From Candidatus Poribacteria bacterium (GTDB lineage Bacteria; Poribacteria; WGA-4E; WGA-3G), in the NCBI GenBank assembly GCA_965197475.1, contig CBDANF010000003.1, forward strand, positions 192,001 through 256,000: 64,000 nt of DNA, in the 5' to 3' direction. This document shows, one piece after another, positions 34,837-46,176 of the stretch (its first letter is position 1; each line of letters begins with the position of its first letter). A program made the translations under genes and the position numbers. Under the pieces are notes generated by a model, which saw only the letters and a program-made list of their open reading frames with translations, searched no databases and was not told the origin of the DNA.

Positions 34837-36601
34837 TTATTCCGTAACAACCGTTTCCTCTCCAAGCATATCAATAATCTTCACAGCAACGCGGGCATCA
34901 GGACGTGGCAACGTTACCGTGTATTCTCCCTCAACAAAATCATCCTTTTTCTCTGGAACATCGCTCTCAACTATTTTGAATCCTGTGTATTCTCCCTCAA
35001 CAAAAATGCTCTCCTGTGTAGTCAGTATCAATTAGCACACAATCAATCTGTGCGCGGAAGTCGTCAATTTGCTCGTCAAAAATGGTGCGGTCTATGTCCA
35101 TACGCGCTAAAATGGTAGGACTAATGTACTCTGCGATGGTAATTTTGAGACTATCTCCCTCTCTCTCAAAATTAACCTCTGCGGATGCAGGCTCAAACGT
35201 AGTTATTCCTTCGCTGCCGATGTCACGCACAAATATTTTGTTTACTGCGCGCCGCCTGTTTTCCTCCTTGAGTTCCGCCTGAATGTTACTATTGGTCCCG
35301 TAGCAAAATACAGTGATGTTGCGCGACTCTTCCGGACGATTCTCAAGTTCATCTTTAATTGTCTGAATATCTAATGGGGTAAGCGGTTTTGTAAGGTCAA
35401 TGATTTTGACGAGTGTTCCGTCAAGTGTTCCATCAAAAAATGCCTCTTGCCTATCAGTTTGCACGCCATATTTTTTAATCACAATATCCCTTCGCTCCAA
35501 ATCGGTACTGGCATCGTAGTTATTGACCCGATAATGCACAATGCCGCGCTGCATATCTGGCAACTTCTGTAGTCTCTTTATTGTCGTTTGAATTGCACCT
35601 TTGTTGATATCTGCAGCGATCCAACGTCTACCGAGTTTTTCAGCAACGGCAGCCGTGGTACCGCTGCCGACAAAGCAGTCAAGCACAATATCACCCTCGT
35701 TTGAAGAAGCATTGATAATACGTTCTACGAGTGCTTCAGGTTTTTGGGTTGGATATCCTATACGTTCATTATCGTCCCCTTGTATAGTAAGTTCCTTTTC
35801 TATCCATAGATTTCCAATAGCGACTCCAGGATTAGTATCAAGGTAGACTTTCTTAACAGTGCCTTGTAGATATTTGCGACCACGAGGTATTGCATAACGT
35901 CGTCCATTTTCGTCAATGTGTCTATATTCAGATTTGATAGTTTCTTCTGATAATGGACGGTATATGGCATTGAAAGTATATCTATCGGTGACAGAGTAAA
36001 ACAGTAAAGTGTCGTTCTCAGTTGTAAATTTTAGCTTCGCTGTATTTTTATGTCCACCATATTTTCTCCACACAATTTCATTTCTAAAGTTAATTTCTCC
36101 AAAAATCTCGTCCAACGTTAACCTCAAATAACTGTTCATTCGCCAGTCACAATGCACATAGATAGCCCCTTTATCTGATAACAATTCCCGCATCAAAATC
36201 AACCGTTCATACATAAATTGAAGATAAGTATCATTTGCCCAGATATCACTGTATTGTATCTGTTCAGCAATAGTGTGTCCTTCAGCCTCCAGAACCTTCT
36301 TTTGACCGCGTAATGCCACTTTCCGCACATAATCAGCACCGCTTGCAAAAGGCGGATCAATGTAGATAAGGTCTATCTTACCACGAAAACCTTGCACCAG
36401 CAGTGTGGAGAGAATCTCTTTGTTATCACCGTGAAAAAGGAGGTTAGGACCGTCCTTAAATTTGTCGTAACTCGGTTCTTTTTCTGCGTTCTCAACGTTA
36501 TAGCTATCTATCAATTGCGCAGGGTAGTTGCTTATCGTGTCAATTGGGCGTTTGCCTACCCAGTGCAGCATGGGTCTGCCTTTAACTGGCTTGATTTTCA
36601 C
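34837..36601 (-). CDS. mod: type III R-M DNA methyltransferase (Mod), frameshift near 35000
   Basis: IYIDPPF, YPTQKPE, LDCFVGSGTT; C-terminal VKIIDMLGEE. Confidence 0.9.
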
Positions 36602-36652
36602 TGTGTTCCTTCTTGTAGTTTAGAAATCGCATAAAATGTTCTGGGTGGGATA

Positions 36653-37222
36653 TTAGGGATTTACTATACGCTGCTGCTTCAATGTTTCTATTTCTCGTGC
36701 AAGTTCTTCAATGCGTCTCTCTTGCTCGCGATCGCTTCTTCCGCGCCATGCAATGAGTATCTGTGGAATGCCTACGGCTAAGACAATAAGAGCTATTAAC
36801 CCGTAAGTGACATTTGTCGCATGTGAGATTTGATCCTTAACGCCATCAAATTGTTTATCAACGCCATCAAATTGTTTATCAACGCCATCAAATTGTTTAT
36901 CAACGCCATCAAATTGTTTATCAACGCCATCAAATTGTTTATCAACGCTATCAAATCGTTTGTCAACACCTTCCAGTTTGCCGCGTATCCAGGAGATGTC
37001 CATGTGAATAGGAAATGAATCCTTTTGCTCTAGCCATGGTTCTGCTCTTCCTTCCTCTACTTTTTGAAGACGGGTATCTAATGCTTTGATTTCTGCTTTT
37101 ATTGGATCTATTTCCTCTTTGAGAATCGATCGGATCTTATCAAGGTCTTGAGGTGTTAAATCAGCGAAAGTTGGCAAAATAATTGTCCACAAGACTATTG
37201 ATAATAATAAAACATTTTTCAT
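36653..37222 (-). CDS. coiled-coil membrane protein with heptad repeats
   Basis: Signal peptide, (VDKQFDG)n, C-terminal TM. Confidence 0.8.
   Translation of the reverse strand: MKNVLLLSIVLWTIILPTFADLTPQDLDKIRSILKEEIDPIKAEIKALDTRLQKVEEGRAEPWLEQKDSFPIHMDISWIRGKLEGVDKRFDSVDKQFDGVDKQFDGVDKQFDGVDKQFDGVDKQFDGVKDQISHATNVTYGLIALIVLAVGIPQILIAWRGRSDREQERRIEELAREIETLKQQRIVNP
36839..36964. repeat. 21-bp tandem repeat (5 perfect copies + 1 degenerate)
   Basis: AACGCCATCAAATTGTTTATC repeated. Confidence 0.95.
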
Positions 37223-37560
37223 TGTATTTCCTCCAAAATAGCATGCGGTGAGTGAAGGGAGTCTTTTAACTTAGAAAGAATGTCCAACACTTTATCCAAT
37301 TGCGGTGGATGCTCGGTATTAAGGAGATAAGTGAGAGCCTGGGGGTTAAGATTTGTCCATGTGACAAGTTCTTCAATTCCGCCTTGTGCTTCTACAATAT
37401 CTTTCATGGAAAGTAATAGTATCTCAATGTTGCCATCTTTATCAAAATCTTGCAGTGCAGCTTCAAGATAACCTTTTGCAAATTCTGGTTGTGCCAGGTC
37501 TTTGAGAAAATAGTCTTTAAAAGGTGTTGTGTATTGCTGAAGTTTGATATCTGCATTCAT
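37219..37560 (-). CDS. addiction-module antidote-like HTH protein
   Basis: FAKGYLEAAL..DIVEAQGGI pattern. Confidence 0.7.
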   Translation of the reverse strand: MNADIKLQQYTTPFKDYFLKDLAQPEFAKGYLEAALQDFDKDGNIEILLLSMKDIVEAQGGIEELVTWTNLNPQALTYLLNTEHPPQLDKVLDILSKLKDSLHSPHAILEEIQ

Positions 37561-37630
37561 CGTTGTTATTCCTTCTCTTGTCAGAATCCGACATTATCCA
37601 TAAACCAAACCATTACATCTGTTCTCAATG

Positions 37631-37900
37631 TCAAAGTTCATCAAGCAACTTCTCATATTCTGTATGTGGACCAATCCAGAACCAAACAATTACTCCATTT
37701 TCAATAACGCCAACTGCTCGGTAATTGATGTTGATACGAACAGAGTAAATTGACTCAGTATTGTGTACTTTCTTGAATCGTAGACTTGGATGGTGTGAGT
37801 TTTCGGTGAACAGTCTATAAGCTTCTTTAGCTTGATGTTGAATGTTACCTGGTAATTTCGCGAGCATCTGACGAAAGCGTTTTGTTGTTCTTGAATTCAT
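37631..37900 (-). CDS. RelE/ParE-superfamily toxin
   Basis: HPSLRFKKV..YSVRININYRAVG..WFWIGPHTEY. Confidence 0.85.
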   Translation of the reverse strand: MNSRTTKRFRQMLAKLPGNIQHQAKEAYRLFTENSHHPSLRFKKVHNTESIYSVRININYRAVGVIENGVIVWFWIGPHTEYEKLLDEL

Positions 37901-38115
37901 AGTTGGTCTGGATTGAGTTCCTGTGTTTGACCACTACGATGTTCGGCAATTGCTTCAGAAGCCAATTTGGATAACGCCTCTTGAGAATTGGCGAATAACC
38001 TATCCCACTGTCTTTCAGAGCAGAGTTCAGCAAGTACCCAATCTGCTAGGGCATCCTGTTCCTTCGGTGAGAGCTTTGATGCTTCTGTAAAAGCTTGTTC
38101 AAGTCGCGTTGTCAT
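37897..38115 (-). CDS. cognate antitoxin
   Basis: MTTRLEQAFTEASKL..WDRLFA; ATGA overlap with the toxin. Confidence 0.8.
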   Translation of the reverse strand: MTTRLEQAFTEASKLSPKEQDALADWVLAELCSERQWDRLFANSQEALSKLASEAIAEHRSGQTQELNPDQL

Positions 38116-38273
38116 TGAGATACCTCCGTACAAAAAGTGGTTAGCGATGTCAATGCTATGGTAAGCACAATTATCTGATTGCAAGTCTGATTAAGTATAA
38201 GATATTCACAGCGAATTGTCAACCTGTTTCCTCACCGCAAGGTGATTCATTTTAGATGAATACGTTTGTTTCA

Positions 38274-40922
38274 TCATTGTTTCTGTAAGGGTTCGTTCCC
38301 ATAAATCCATTCGCGAATTTTCTGCATTTCGTCTATATTCTCCTGTAGAAAAGCGTCCTTCGTATAAATGACGTGATATTCAAAGTGAGCGTCCGGTTGT
38401 AACTTTGCCAGACGTTTCACCGCCTTCTTTTTCGCCACGACGTCCGGGGCACCGCGTTCGCTTTCAGACTTAATCTCAACAATGTAGAATTCTCCTGTGT
38501 TCTTGACGATGACAAAATCGGGAAAATAGCGGTGATAATTGTTATCAGTGCCTTTGTATTCAAAGTGAAAATCGGTTTTCTTGGTATTCGTTAAACTTCC
38601 GGTAAACAGGAATACTTTGACATCTGCAACGGATTCCTTAAGTGTTAACAAAATCGTTTTAAAGAAATTCTGTTCGGGGCCGCTATCAAAATCGTAGGGC
38701 GTATAATGAAAACTCGCATCGTGATCGTCATCTAAGTCCTCTTCACTGAGCAGCAGGTCAGCTTTACTTTTGCGCAGGCGCACCTTGTGAACGTAGCAGT
38801 CCTCAGCCGCATCTTTTTCAAAAAGTAGGTTGCCATCGTCATCGTGGATACGGATAAGCGCGAGGTATTCCGTAATCGTTTCCTCAATCACTTCGTAATT
38901 TTGCTGTTGGTCTTCCACCTGTTTGCATAGCGAATCGAAGTGTTTGAACGGGACTTGCCCCTCTGGATAAAGCTTTTTCAGGATTTTGAGCGTCTCTATA
39001 ACAGAGAGATGATAGTTTGTTGCAAGTCGTCTTGCAAGTGTGTAGCAATCCGTTGTCCGATTAGCAATCTCCACCTTGTCCTGCGCGCCTAACGCTGTTA
39101 GAGGAGAGGCACCCCGCTGCGTAAAATCGGGAGTCAGAATGCTGCGAAATGCAGGTGGAGTCTCCCTTACATCTGTAGGCTTATACAACTGAATTGCTTT
39201 AGGTGCATTTTCCAGAGGAACAACCTTGCACACCAATTGCATAATTTTTAATTTCGGTAAATCAGTTTTGCGAATGCGAAGTGCAACCTCCTCTGTTTCT
39301 GCGTCTTGTCTACGCAGTTCACCAAGTGTGGTGCCGAAGTTTGCTTGTAATTCTTTATCTAAAATCGTACTGTTTTTCGTATCCAAAAAGATTTTTGCTG
39401 TCCGTGTGTTACCTTTTACTTGACGTAGGCATCGCGTTGAGGCTTGCAAGATAAAGTTACTACTCGTTGTTTGTTCTTTAATAAGCGCGCAAGCGAATAG
39501 ACTTGGACAATTCCATCCCTCTGTCCCTTTGCCAATAAGTAGAATAATACGTTTTTGGCTGTCAGGATTGTTAAGTTGGTTGAATTCATCAATCTCGGCT
39601 TGACTGGATTTTTGGGTATTAACGAGTATCTGCGTGGTGTTCTCTCCGATTTCTGTTAGCGCGTTTTGGATGTGCTGATTGGAAGCATCCAAATGTTCTT
39701 GCGTCCTGAAGTAAAAGGCGATTTTGGATTTCGCACCATCGGGCAATGATACATCACCGTAGTTATCAAAAAAATCGTTGATAACGCTACGGATCACGTC
39801 TTGGTCAGGAATAGTTCCGATAGGATACTGAACAATGCCGTTGTGAAGACTTTTAAGGATGTTGTCCTTTATCCCTTCACCGAGACTATACCATGCCACA
39901 ACTTCTCTGAGCATCTGCCGTTTGGCGTAAGGGGTGCCGGTGGTGTTGATAACAGCTATGAGAGGCGTTTTCTCATGTATGTAGTTAACTGTTTCGCGTA
40001 CCCGTTTGAGTTCTGTGTCTATTTTGTTTCCATAAGTATGATGTGCCTCGTCTGAGAAGACCCCTAAACTTGGCAAACTCGTTATTTTTTGGAGACGGAG
40101 GTTTGCCTCTAATTCTGCTTGTTCCTTCTTTTCCTCAAATTCAAACAGCGACTGATTTGCCCGCTGCCTCATGTTTGCTCTCAAACTAATTTTCTCGGTG
40201 TTCGTGACGATGACGTTGAAAGCACTACCCGCTTGGACTTGAATCTCTTTTGCCCCGGTCTGTGGGTAGGTAAGCTTGAGATTGGCAAGGAAGTCACGGT
40301 GTAGACTGGGCGGTAGAATTTGATCAAAAGGAATGTCACTGATTTCACGGAGACTTTCAATAATCGTTGTGCCGGGAGCAAAGACGAGGGCATTTTTCAT
40401 AAATTCGCCATTAGGATAGCGGAGTGTCATCGCGAATTCGGTTGCAATAATAGTGCCGATAAGAACCGTCTTGCCTGTGCCCATTGCAAGCGCAAAGATA
40501 TAACTTGGATATGGAAGGCTTATCGCTTCGTAAACAGGATCAATTCCTTTCTGTTTAAAGAATTCGGGTTTCTCTTTCACTAAGTTAATGACGGCATCAA
40601 CATTCTGAATCAACATCGCTTCGTTTTCAGTGATTGGAATACCGAATGCTTCACAGAAATCGCGTATATCGCCAGTTGTATCGTAGTAGTGTTTATAGAG
40701 TTCAACAATATGCGGGGTGTTCAGGACTAATCTGATATACCAGTAGAGTTCCAGTGATTGGAATTGCGGTTCACGGAGGTATTTGAGGTGGACGCGTTCC
40801 CCTGCTTCGCCTTCAAATTGCCAGCGTAGCACCTCTCCGATAAGCGGGTAATCTTGGCAAGGGTATCCATCTTTACGCCATTTTAGTGTGTCGGCACGTA
40901 GTTTTTCATAGAGGTGTTGCAT
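38274..40922 (-). CDS. res: type III R-M restriction subunit (SF2 helicase + PD-(D/E)xK nuclease)
   Basis: AMGTGKT, DEAHH, EGWN, YFPDF..VEIK. Confidence 0.88.
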   Translation of the reverse strand: MQHLYEKLRADTLKWRKDGYPCQDYPLIGEVLRWQFEGEAGERVHLKYLREPQFQSLELYWYIRLVLNTPHIVELYKHYYDTTGDIRDFCEAFGIPITENEAMLIQNVDAVINLVKEKPEFFKQKGIDPVYEAISLPYPSYIFALAMGTGKTVLIGTIIATEFAMTLRYPNGEFMKNALVFAPGTTIIESLREISDIPFDQILPPSLHRDFLANLKLTYPQTGAKEIQVQAGSAFNVIVTNTEKISLRANMRQRANQSLFEFEEKKEQAELEANLRLQKITSLPSLGVFSDEAHHTYGNKIDTELKRVRETVNYIHEKTPLIAVINTTGTPYAKRQMLREVVAWYSLGEGIKDNILKSLHNGIVQYPIGTIPDQDVIRSVINDFFDNYGDVSLPDGAKSKIAFYFRTQEHLDASNQHIQNALTEIGENTTQILVNTQKSSQAEIDEFNQLNNPDSQKRIILLIGKGTEGWNCPSLFACALIKEQTTSSNFILQASTRCLRQVKGNTRTAKIFLDTKNSTILDKELQANFGTTLGELRRQDAETEEVALRIRKTDLPKLKIMQLVCKVVPLENAPKAIQLYKPTDVRETPPAFRSILTPDFTQRGASPLTALGAQDKVEIANRTTDCYTLARRLATNYHLSVIETLKILKKLYPEGQVPFKHFDSLCKQVEDQQQNYEVIEETITEYLALIRIHDDDGNLLFEKDAAEDCYVHKVRLRKSKADLLLSEEDLDDDHDASFHYTPYDFDSGPEQNFFKTILLTLKESVADVKVFLFTGSLTNTKKTDFHFEYKGTDNNYHRYFPDFVIVKNTGEFYIVEIKSESERGAPDVVAKKKAVKRLAKLQPDAHFEYHVIYTKDAFLQENIDEMQKIREWIYGNEPLQKQ

Positions 40923-40959
40923 TTAAGTGTATTACCTAAAGAGTGGAGGTGAATTAACG

Positions 40960-41223
40960 TTATTCATCGTCTATGATTGAAATATCTATAATTTCAGGTT
41001 CAGAAATCTTGGCATTTTCTTGTTCTAAGATTTTGGTGATTAAACTTTCTATTGAATGTATTATATTCTCTAACCCTCTTAAGTCCGTTGAAAATTGTGC
41101 TCTTTCTAATGGAGAAAGTACTGTAGGGTTAGCAAGCCTTCTTTGTATAGGTGCCAGTTTTTTTTGAGCAGGTTTTAATGCTGTTTGAAGTAAAGATAGC
41201 GTTAATTTAGTTTCTTCATCCAT
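40960..41223 (-). CDS. hypothetical protein
   Basis: 87 aa ORF co-oriented upstream of res. Confidence 0.5.
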   Translation of the reverse strand: MDEETKLTLSLLQTALKPAQKKLAPIQRRLANPTVLSPLERAQFSTDLRGLENIIHSIESLITKILEQENAKISEPEIIDISIIDDE

Positions 41224-41661
41224 TAGAGTGTTCCTTGCAATGTTATAAGTGAGATTTGTCTGAAAAATGATTTACAACAGCTGGCTGAAAAATTCCTATC
41301 CACATCGGAATTATACCAGGCTTGAGTAAAATGGGCAATGAAATTAACATGAGGAGTGTGTAAATATTTTGCCACTTAGGTTCAATTGCGAAAAGAACCC
41401 CGTGTTTTTCTACTGTAGGGCACAAGGACGCGCTCCCACAATAAGGGATGTGCGGTTATGACAATCTTTACACACTCCAATCCAACCTACAGGCTGAAAT
41501 ATGATTAAGGAGTCTTATTTCCCAATTAAAACTTGAAAAACTGCAAAACGTGTGTTATAATTCTGTTAAATTCCCCTCAGTAAAAAAAATCTAAAAAAAA
41601 ATGAAGAAATTATATTTCCGATACAACTAATTCTGTAACATCTGCGCGAGGTGGACATTTT

Positions 41662-42219
41662 ATGATTCCAGATGATGTTTATGTGCACAAAACAGTAGAG
41701 GGCGATGTTGAGGCATTTAACGAATTGGTCAATCGCCACCATACCAAAATATATGGGCTTGCATACCGCATGCTCGGCAATGCCGAAGATGCCGAAGATG
41801 CCACGCAAGAAACGTTCTTAGAAGCTTATAAGTCAATAAAAACGTTTCGATTCCAATCGCAATTTGGAACGTGGTTGTATAAGGTCGGTATAAACACTTG
41901 TAATCAATACATCCGAAAAGCCAAATCCCGTAACAGAATGCTGGACGCTTATACTGAAGACACTGCAGCGCGAGGCATGACTGAAGAATGGGAAGTACCT
42001 GAACGGATGGTGATTAAGACTGAACAACGTCAGGTGATTCAAGCGGCTATTGACCGGCTGCCTCCGAAGCAGCGTGAGGTCGTCACGCTGTATTATATGC
42101 AACAACTTAAATACAAAGAGATCGCTGAAATCCTTAACTGCTCTCTCGGAACTGTTGCCTCACGATTAAATAAAGCCATGCAGAATCTCAAAACGAAGTT
42201 GGAAAAATGCTACTTTTGA
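41662..42219 (+). CDS. ECF RNA polymerase sigma factor
   Basis: DAEDATQETF, FGTWLY, GTVASRL. Confidence 0.92.
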   Translation: MIPDDVYVHKTVEGDVEAFNELVNRHHTKIYGLAYRMLGNAEDAEDATQETFLEAYKSIKTFRFQSQFGTWLYKVGINTCNQYIRKAKSRNRMLDAYTEDTAARGMTEEWEVPERMVIKTEQRQVIQAAIDRLPPKQREVVTLYYMQQLKYKEIAEILNCSLGTVASRLNKAMQNLKTKLEKCYF

Positions 42220-42276
42220 GTAATCATGGTTACTACGTGAGCCAATTCTTAACTCATTGAAGCGAGGATTATTAAA

Positions 42277-42957
42277 ATGAATTGTGAACGGACTCGTGAA
42301 AACCTTGTTTTACATCGTCAAGATTCCATGCTGAAGGGAACGAAGCGTCGCGAATTTTTACAGCATCTCCGTGGCTGCAAGGCGTGCCAAGTCGAATATG
42401 AAGGATTATGGCATACCGCCACAGTACTGGGTAGCCTTGAAGCACCGGAACCGCCTCCCGAATTATTGGAGAATATCCAACGTCAAATTCGGGAGGTCCA
42501 TAAGCGGAGCAAAATTGCTTTCTTTGCAAGTCCTGTCTCATGGCTGTTCAGTAAGTTGAAGTTAGAGTTTTCCCCACAGTTTGTAAATTGCACTGCGCTG
42601 CTTTGTTACCTACTCGCGTCAGTCTTCTTGGTGAAACTGGCTTTCTTTACTGACGCACCGGAACAGGATTTTGGTTTGACTGCGATGGAGGAGGCACGCC
42701 TCCGGAACGTGCGAATTTCACCATCGCCGTGGGCATCACTAAAACACAAGAGTACTAAGATTGATAACGTACTTCCTATAAAGACACCAGGCGATAATCG
42801 TGTGAGCCTTTCTAACCAATTTGTTGGTATTGAAACAGCGGAAATATGGCACAGTCACACTATTAATGAGGGCGGAGAAACCATAGATGCACATTTTGTG
42901 GAGACTGCCAGCAAAAAGCTCGCCCTATTCTGGAGTGACATCAAGACAGATCTGTAA
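42277..42957 (+). CDS. zinc-finger anti-sigma factor
   Basis: HLRGCKAC (HxxxCxxC) and TM, adjacent to the ECF sigma. Confidence 0.82.
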   Translation: MNCERTRENLVLHRQDSMLKGTKRREFLQHLRGCKACQVEYEGLWHTATVLGSLEAPEPPPELLENIQRQIREVHKRSKIAFFASPVSWLFSKLKLEFSPQFVNCTALLCYLLASVFLVKLAFFTDAPEQDFGLTAMEEARLRNVRISPSPWASLKHKSTKIDNVLPIKTPGDNRVSLSNQFVGIETAEIWHSHTINEGGETIDAHFVETASKKLALFWSDIKTDL

Positions 42958-43009
42958 GGGGGAAGTATATAGATCAAACATCTCAAATATAAGAGGACAG
43001 ATCCTAAGT

Positions 43010-43046
43010 AAGAGGCACAATATATTGTATATTGTGCCTCTTTTTT
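43010..43046 (+). terminator. intrinsic terminator
   Basis: AAGAGGCACAATATA..TATATTGTGCCTCTTTTTT. Confidence 0.75.
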
Positions 43047-43170
43047 ATGGAAGAGGATTGTTAGTTTCTATAGCCCTAATTCACACCCAACCTAAAAAAG
43101 TTGACCCACAGTCCGTTTTGCGCTAAAATATACATATTTACAGGATCAAACTGCAGTATCGGACAAAAAA

Positions 43171-44229
43171 TTGACACAACCTCTACTTGAAGTTTCTAAT
43201 CTAAAAACAGTATTCCCTACGGATGGTGGAGTTGTAAACGCCGTGAACGATGTCAGTTTTTCAATTGCGCGTGGCAAAACCGTTGGCATTGTCGGAGAGA
43301 GTGGGTGTGGGAAAAGTATTACCGGACTTTCGCTTCTTCAACTTGTGCCAAATCCAGGCAGGATTGAGAAGGGTGAGATTCTGTTTTACCGCGATAACAC
43401 AGAGAAACCTTTAGATATAGCACAAGTATCGCCGAGAAGCGAGTTGATGCGTAGGATTCGCGGCAACGAAATCGCTATTATTTTCCAAGAGCCAATGACA
43501 TCGCTTAATCCTGTCTATACCGTTGGAGACCAGATCGCTGAGGCGATTGTGTTACACCAAGAGCACAAGCGTTCACCTCTGGCACGTTTCGGTTTGCAAA
43601 CAACACCAAAATGGGCACGCGAACGTGCTATTGAGATGCTTGCCCGCGTGGGCATCCCCGCTCCTGACCAACGCGTTGATGAATATCCACATCAGCTTTC
43701 CGGTGGGATGCGGCAACGTGTTATGATTGCCATGGCACTCTGTTGTGCTCCCGCGCTTCTCATCGCGGATGAACCGACTACGGCACTTGATGTCACGATT
43801 CAAGCACAAGTCCTCACCCTTATGCAGGAGCTGCAAGCGGAAATTGGGATGGCGATTATGTTGATTACACATGATTTAGGGGTTATCGCCGACATGGCTG
43901 ACGAAGTTGTTGTTATGTATGCTGGACGCGTAGTCGAAAAGGGAAACGTTGACGACATTTTCTATAATCCCTTACACCCCTATACACGTGGCTTGCTCAA
44001 CTCTATTCCAAAACTCGGTGGAGGTCAACAAAAAACGCTGCTCTCTATTCCCGGAACGGTGCCGCATCCGTTAGCACTTCCTATTGGATGTTCGTTTCAG
44101 CCACGATGTGTTGAACGGATGCCTATCTGTGAACAGATGCCTGAACTTAATATGATTGATGTTGAGAACGGGGAGCACGCCGTGAGATGCTGGCTTTGTG
44201 AGGAAAAAACCGATGCCGAGATTGCTTGA
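43171..44229 (+). CDS. oligopeptide/dipeptide ABC transporter ATP-binding protein (OppD-like)
   Basis: [27 protein letters not shown]. Confidence 0.92.
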   Translation: MTQPLLEVSNLKTVFPTDGGVVNAVNDVSFSIARGKTVGIVGESGCGKSITGLSLLQLVPNPGRIEKGEILFYRDNTEKPLDIAQVSPRSELMRRIRGNEIAIIFQEPMTSLNPVYTVGDQIAEAIVLHQEHKRSPLARFGLQTTPKWARERAIEMLARVGIPAPDQRVDEYPHQLSGGMRQRVMIAMALCCAPALLIADEPTTALDVTIQAQVLTLMQELQAEIGMAIMLITHDLGVIADMADEVVVMYAGRVVEKGNVDDIFYNPLHPYTRGLLNSIPKLGGGQQKTLLSIPGTVPHPLALPIGCSFQPRCVERMPICEQMPELNMIDVENGEHAVRCWLCEEKTDAEIA

Positions 44230-45214
44230 GGTCAAAGAACTACGAAAATATTTCCCTATACGGAGAGGCATTCTCCGCCGTACCATTGGACTTGTGAAAG
44301 CGGTGGATGGCATTAGTTTCGACGTGGAACGCGGCGAAACCCTCGGTTTGGTCGGTGAAAGTGGTTGCGGAAAGACAACTGCAAGCCGATGTCTCCTTCG
44401 TCTAATTTCACCTACCAATGGCAGCTTCGCTTTTGGTGAGGAACAGGTAGATTTGGCGAAGTTGACCTCTCAACAGATGCGTCCTTTTCGCCGACGTATC
44501 CAGATGATTTTCCAGGACCCGCAGTCATCGCTGAACCCACGGCTGACGGTAGGAGATATTGTTGGTGAACCGATACGTGTCAACCGAACCGTAAAGAGAA
44601 AGGAACTTCAGGACCTGATTGTTGAACTCTTGGAATCTGTCGGTTTAAAGCCTCAGGATATGCGGCGTTACCCGCATGCCTTCAGTGGTGGTCAGCGACA
44701 ACGTATCGGGATTGCGCGTGCGTTAGCTCTTCACCCAGAACTGATCGTAGCAGATGAACCGGTGTCAGCACTTGATGTCTCCGTGCAGGCACAAATACTC
44801 AACCTCTTGGCGGAATTGCGGGAAAAATTTCAACTTTCCTATATCTTTATCGCACATGACCTGAGCGTTGTTGAACATATTAGTGATCGTGTCGCAGTGA
44901 TGTATCTCGGTAAGATTGTTGAGATTAGCGACGCAGAGACACTCTATCAATCGCCGAAACACCCTTACACAGAGGCATTGATATCCGCTGTGCCGTTGCC
45001 AGATCCGAAGGCGCAACGCGAGCGTGAACTAATTCGACTTGAAGGGGATGTGCCTGATCCATCTCAACCACCGACAGGATGTTATTTTCATCCACGATGC
45101 CGCTACGCAACCGATATTTGCAAACAGGAAACACCTGAACTTCAAGAGATTACACCCGGTGTGAAAGTTGCGTGTCATTTGAGTGAAACATTGGAATTAC
45201 AGGGAGTATCGTGA
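44213..45214 (+). CDS. oligopeptide/dipeptide ABC transporter ATP-binding protein (OppF-like)
   Basis: [24 protein letters not shown]. Confidence 0.92.
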   Translation: MPRLLEVKELRKYFPIRRGILRRTIGLVKAVDGISFDVERGETLGLVGESGCGKTTASRCLLRLISPTNGSFAFGEEQVDLAKLTSQQMRPFRRRIQMIFQDPQSSLNPRLTVGDIVGEPIRVNRTVKRKELQDLIVELLESVGLKPQDMRRYPHAFSGGQRQRIGIARALALHPELIVADEPVSALDVSVQAQILNLLAELREKFQLSYIFIAHDLSVVEHISDRVAVMYLGKIVEISDAETLYQSPKHPYTEALISAVPLPDPKAQRERELIRLEGDVPDPSQPPTGCYFHPRCRYATDICKQETPELQEITPGVKVACHLSETLELQGVS

Positions 45215-46161
45215 TGCCAAAATTAGATCAGATAACACCAGAAGAACTTGCAGCCTGCCGGAAGCAGCTTGAACGCCGATGGAAAAGCCGCAAAGTTGAT
45301 GAGGCGTTGCTGGAACGCGCGTGGCAGGTTGCATACAAAATCGCAACACTCCTCTATGACGAGTTCGGTGCGACACAGGTTGCAGTTTTTGGGTCGCTGG
45401 CGGAACCGTTGGGTTTCACAAAGTCATCGGATATTGATATTGCGGTATGGGGACTCTCTGATAAAGCACATTCAAAGGTGAACGGTAAAGTAATGGACAT
45501 TGATACAAGGTTTAAAATAGACCTGATTAATTTTGATACGACGAAAGGACTTTTCCGAGAAAGAATCCAACAGCAAGCGATTCCTATAAAAAAAGGCGAA
45601 CAACCTACATTATGGAAGACACTTTACCAGCATCTGCACCGACAAGTTTTTCCTATCGTTGAGGAAGAAATATACGAAATGAACCGAAAAAAATTGACCC
45701 AACGCATCAATGACGAATGCACAAAAATTGAAACTACTGTTGTCGCAATCGTGAAAGCTCTGGAAGATATTGAGGTAGTTCCCGCTAACTACAAACAATA
45801 TATAGAAGAATCAATTGCCAACAAACTTGCTGATGTTTATAATGGCATAGAAAGAATTTTTGAACGGATTGCCAACGAAGTTGACGCACACCTGTCGCGT
45901 GGAAGTAGATGGCATAAAAACTTGCTTGAACAGATGACAAAACAACGTCCCGAAAGACCACCTGTGATTTCGCAGGATACTTTTTTGCTTTTAGAAGCAC
46001 TCTTAGAATTTCGCCACAAGGTTAATAATATCTACGCGGATGAACTAATTTATGAAAATACGGAGGCGCACGCAAACGGTATTGACAAACTTTTTCAGAG
46101 TTTCTCCGATGATCTCAATATTTTTACAGATTCTCTTGCGCAGCGTCCGGAGGATGGTTGA
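45211..46161 (+). CDS. fused minimal nucleotidyltransferase (MNT) + HEPN/HepT-like protein
   Basis: [11 protein letters not shown] in the N-terminal half; [23 protein letters not shown] in the C-terminal half. Confidence 0.8.
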   Translation: MMPKLDQITPEELAACRKQLERRWKSRKVDEALLERAWQVAYKIATLLYDEFGATQVAVFGSLAEPLGFTKSSDIDIAVWGLSDKAHSKVNGKVMDIDTRFKIDLINFDTTKGLFRERIQQQAIPIKKGEQPTLWKTLYQHLHRQVFPIVEEEIYEMNRKKLTQRINDECTKIETTVVAIVKALEDIEVVPANYKQYIEESIANKLADVYNGIERIFERIANEVDAHLSRGSRWHKNLLEQMTKQRPERPPVISQDTFLLLEALLEFRHKVNNIYADELIYENTEAHANGIDKLFQSFSDDLNIFTDSLAQRPEDG

Positions 46162-46176
46162 AAGGAATAAAACAAC

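Noticed and set aside
36839-36964. CRISPR-like repeat
   Set aside because: Contiguous tandem units without spacers, in frame inside a CDS.
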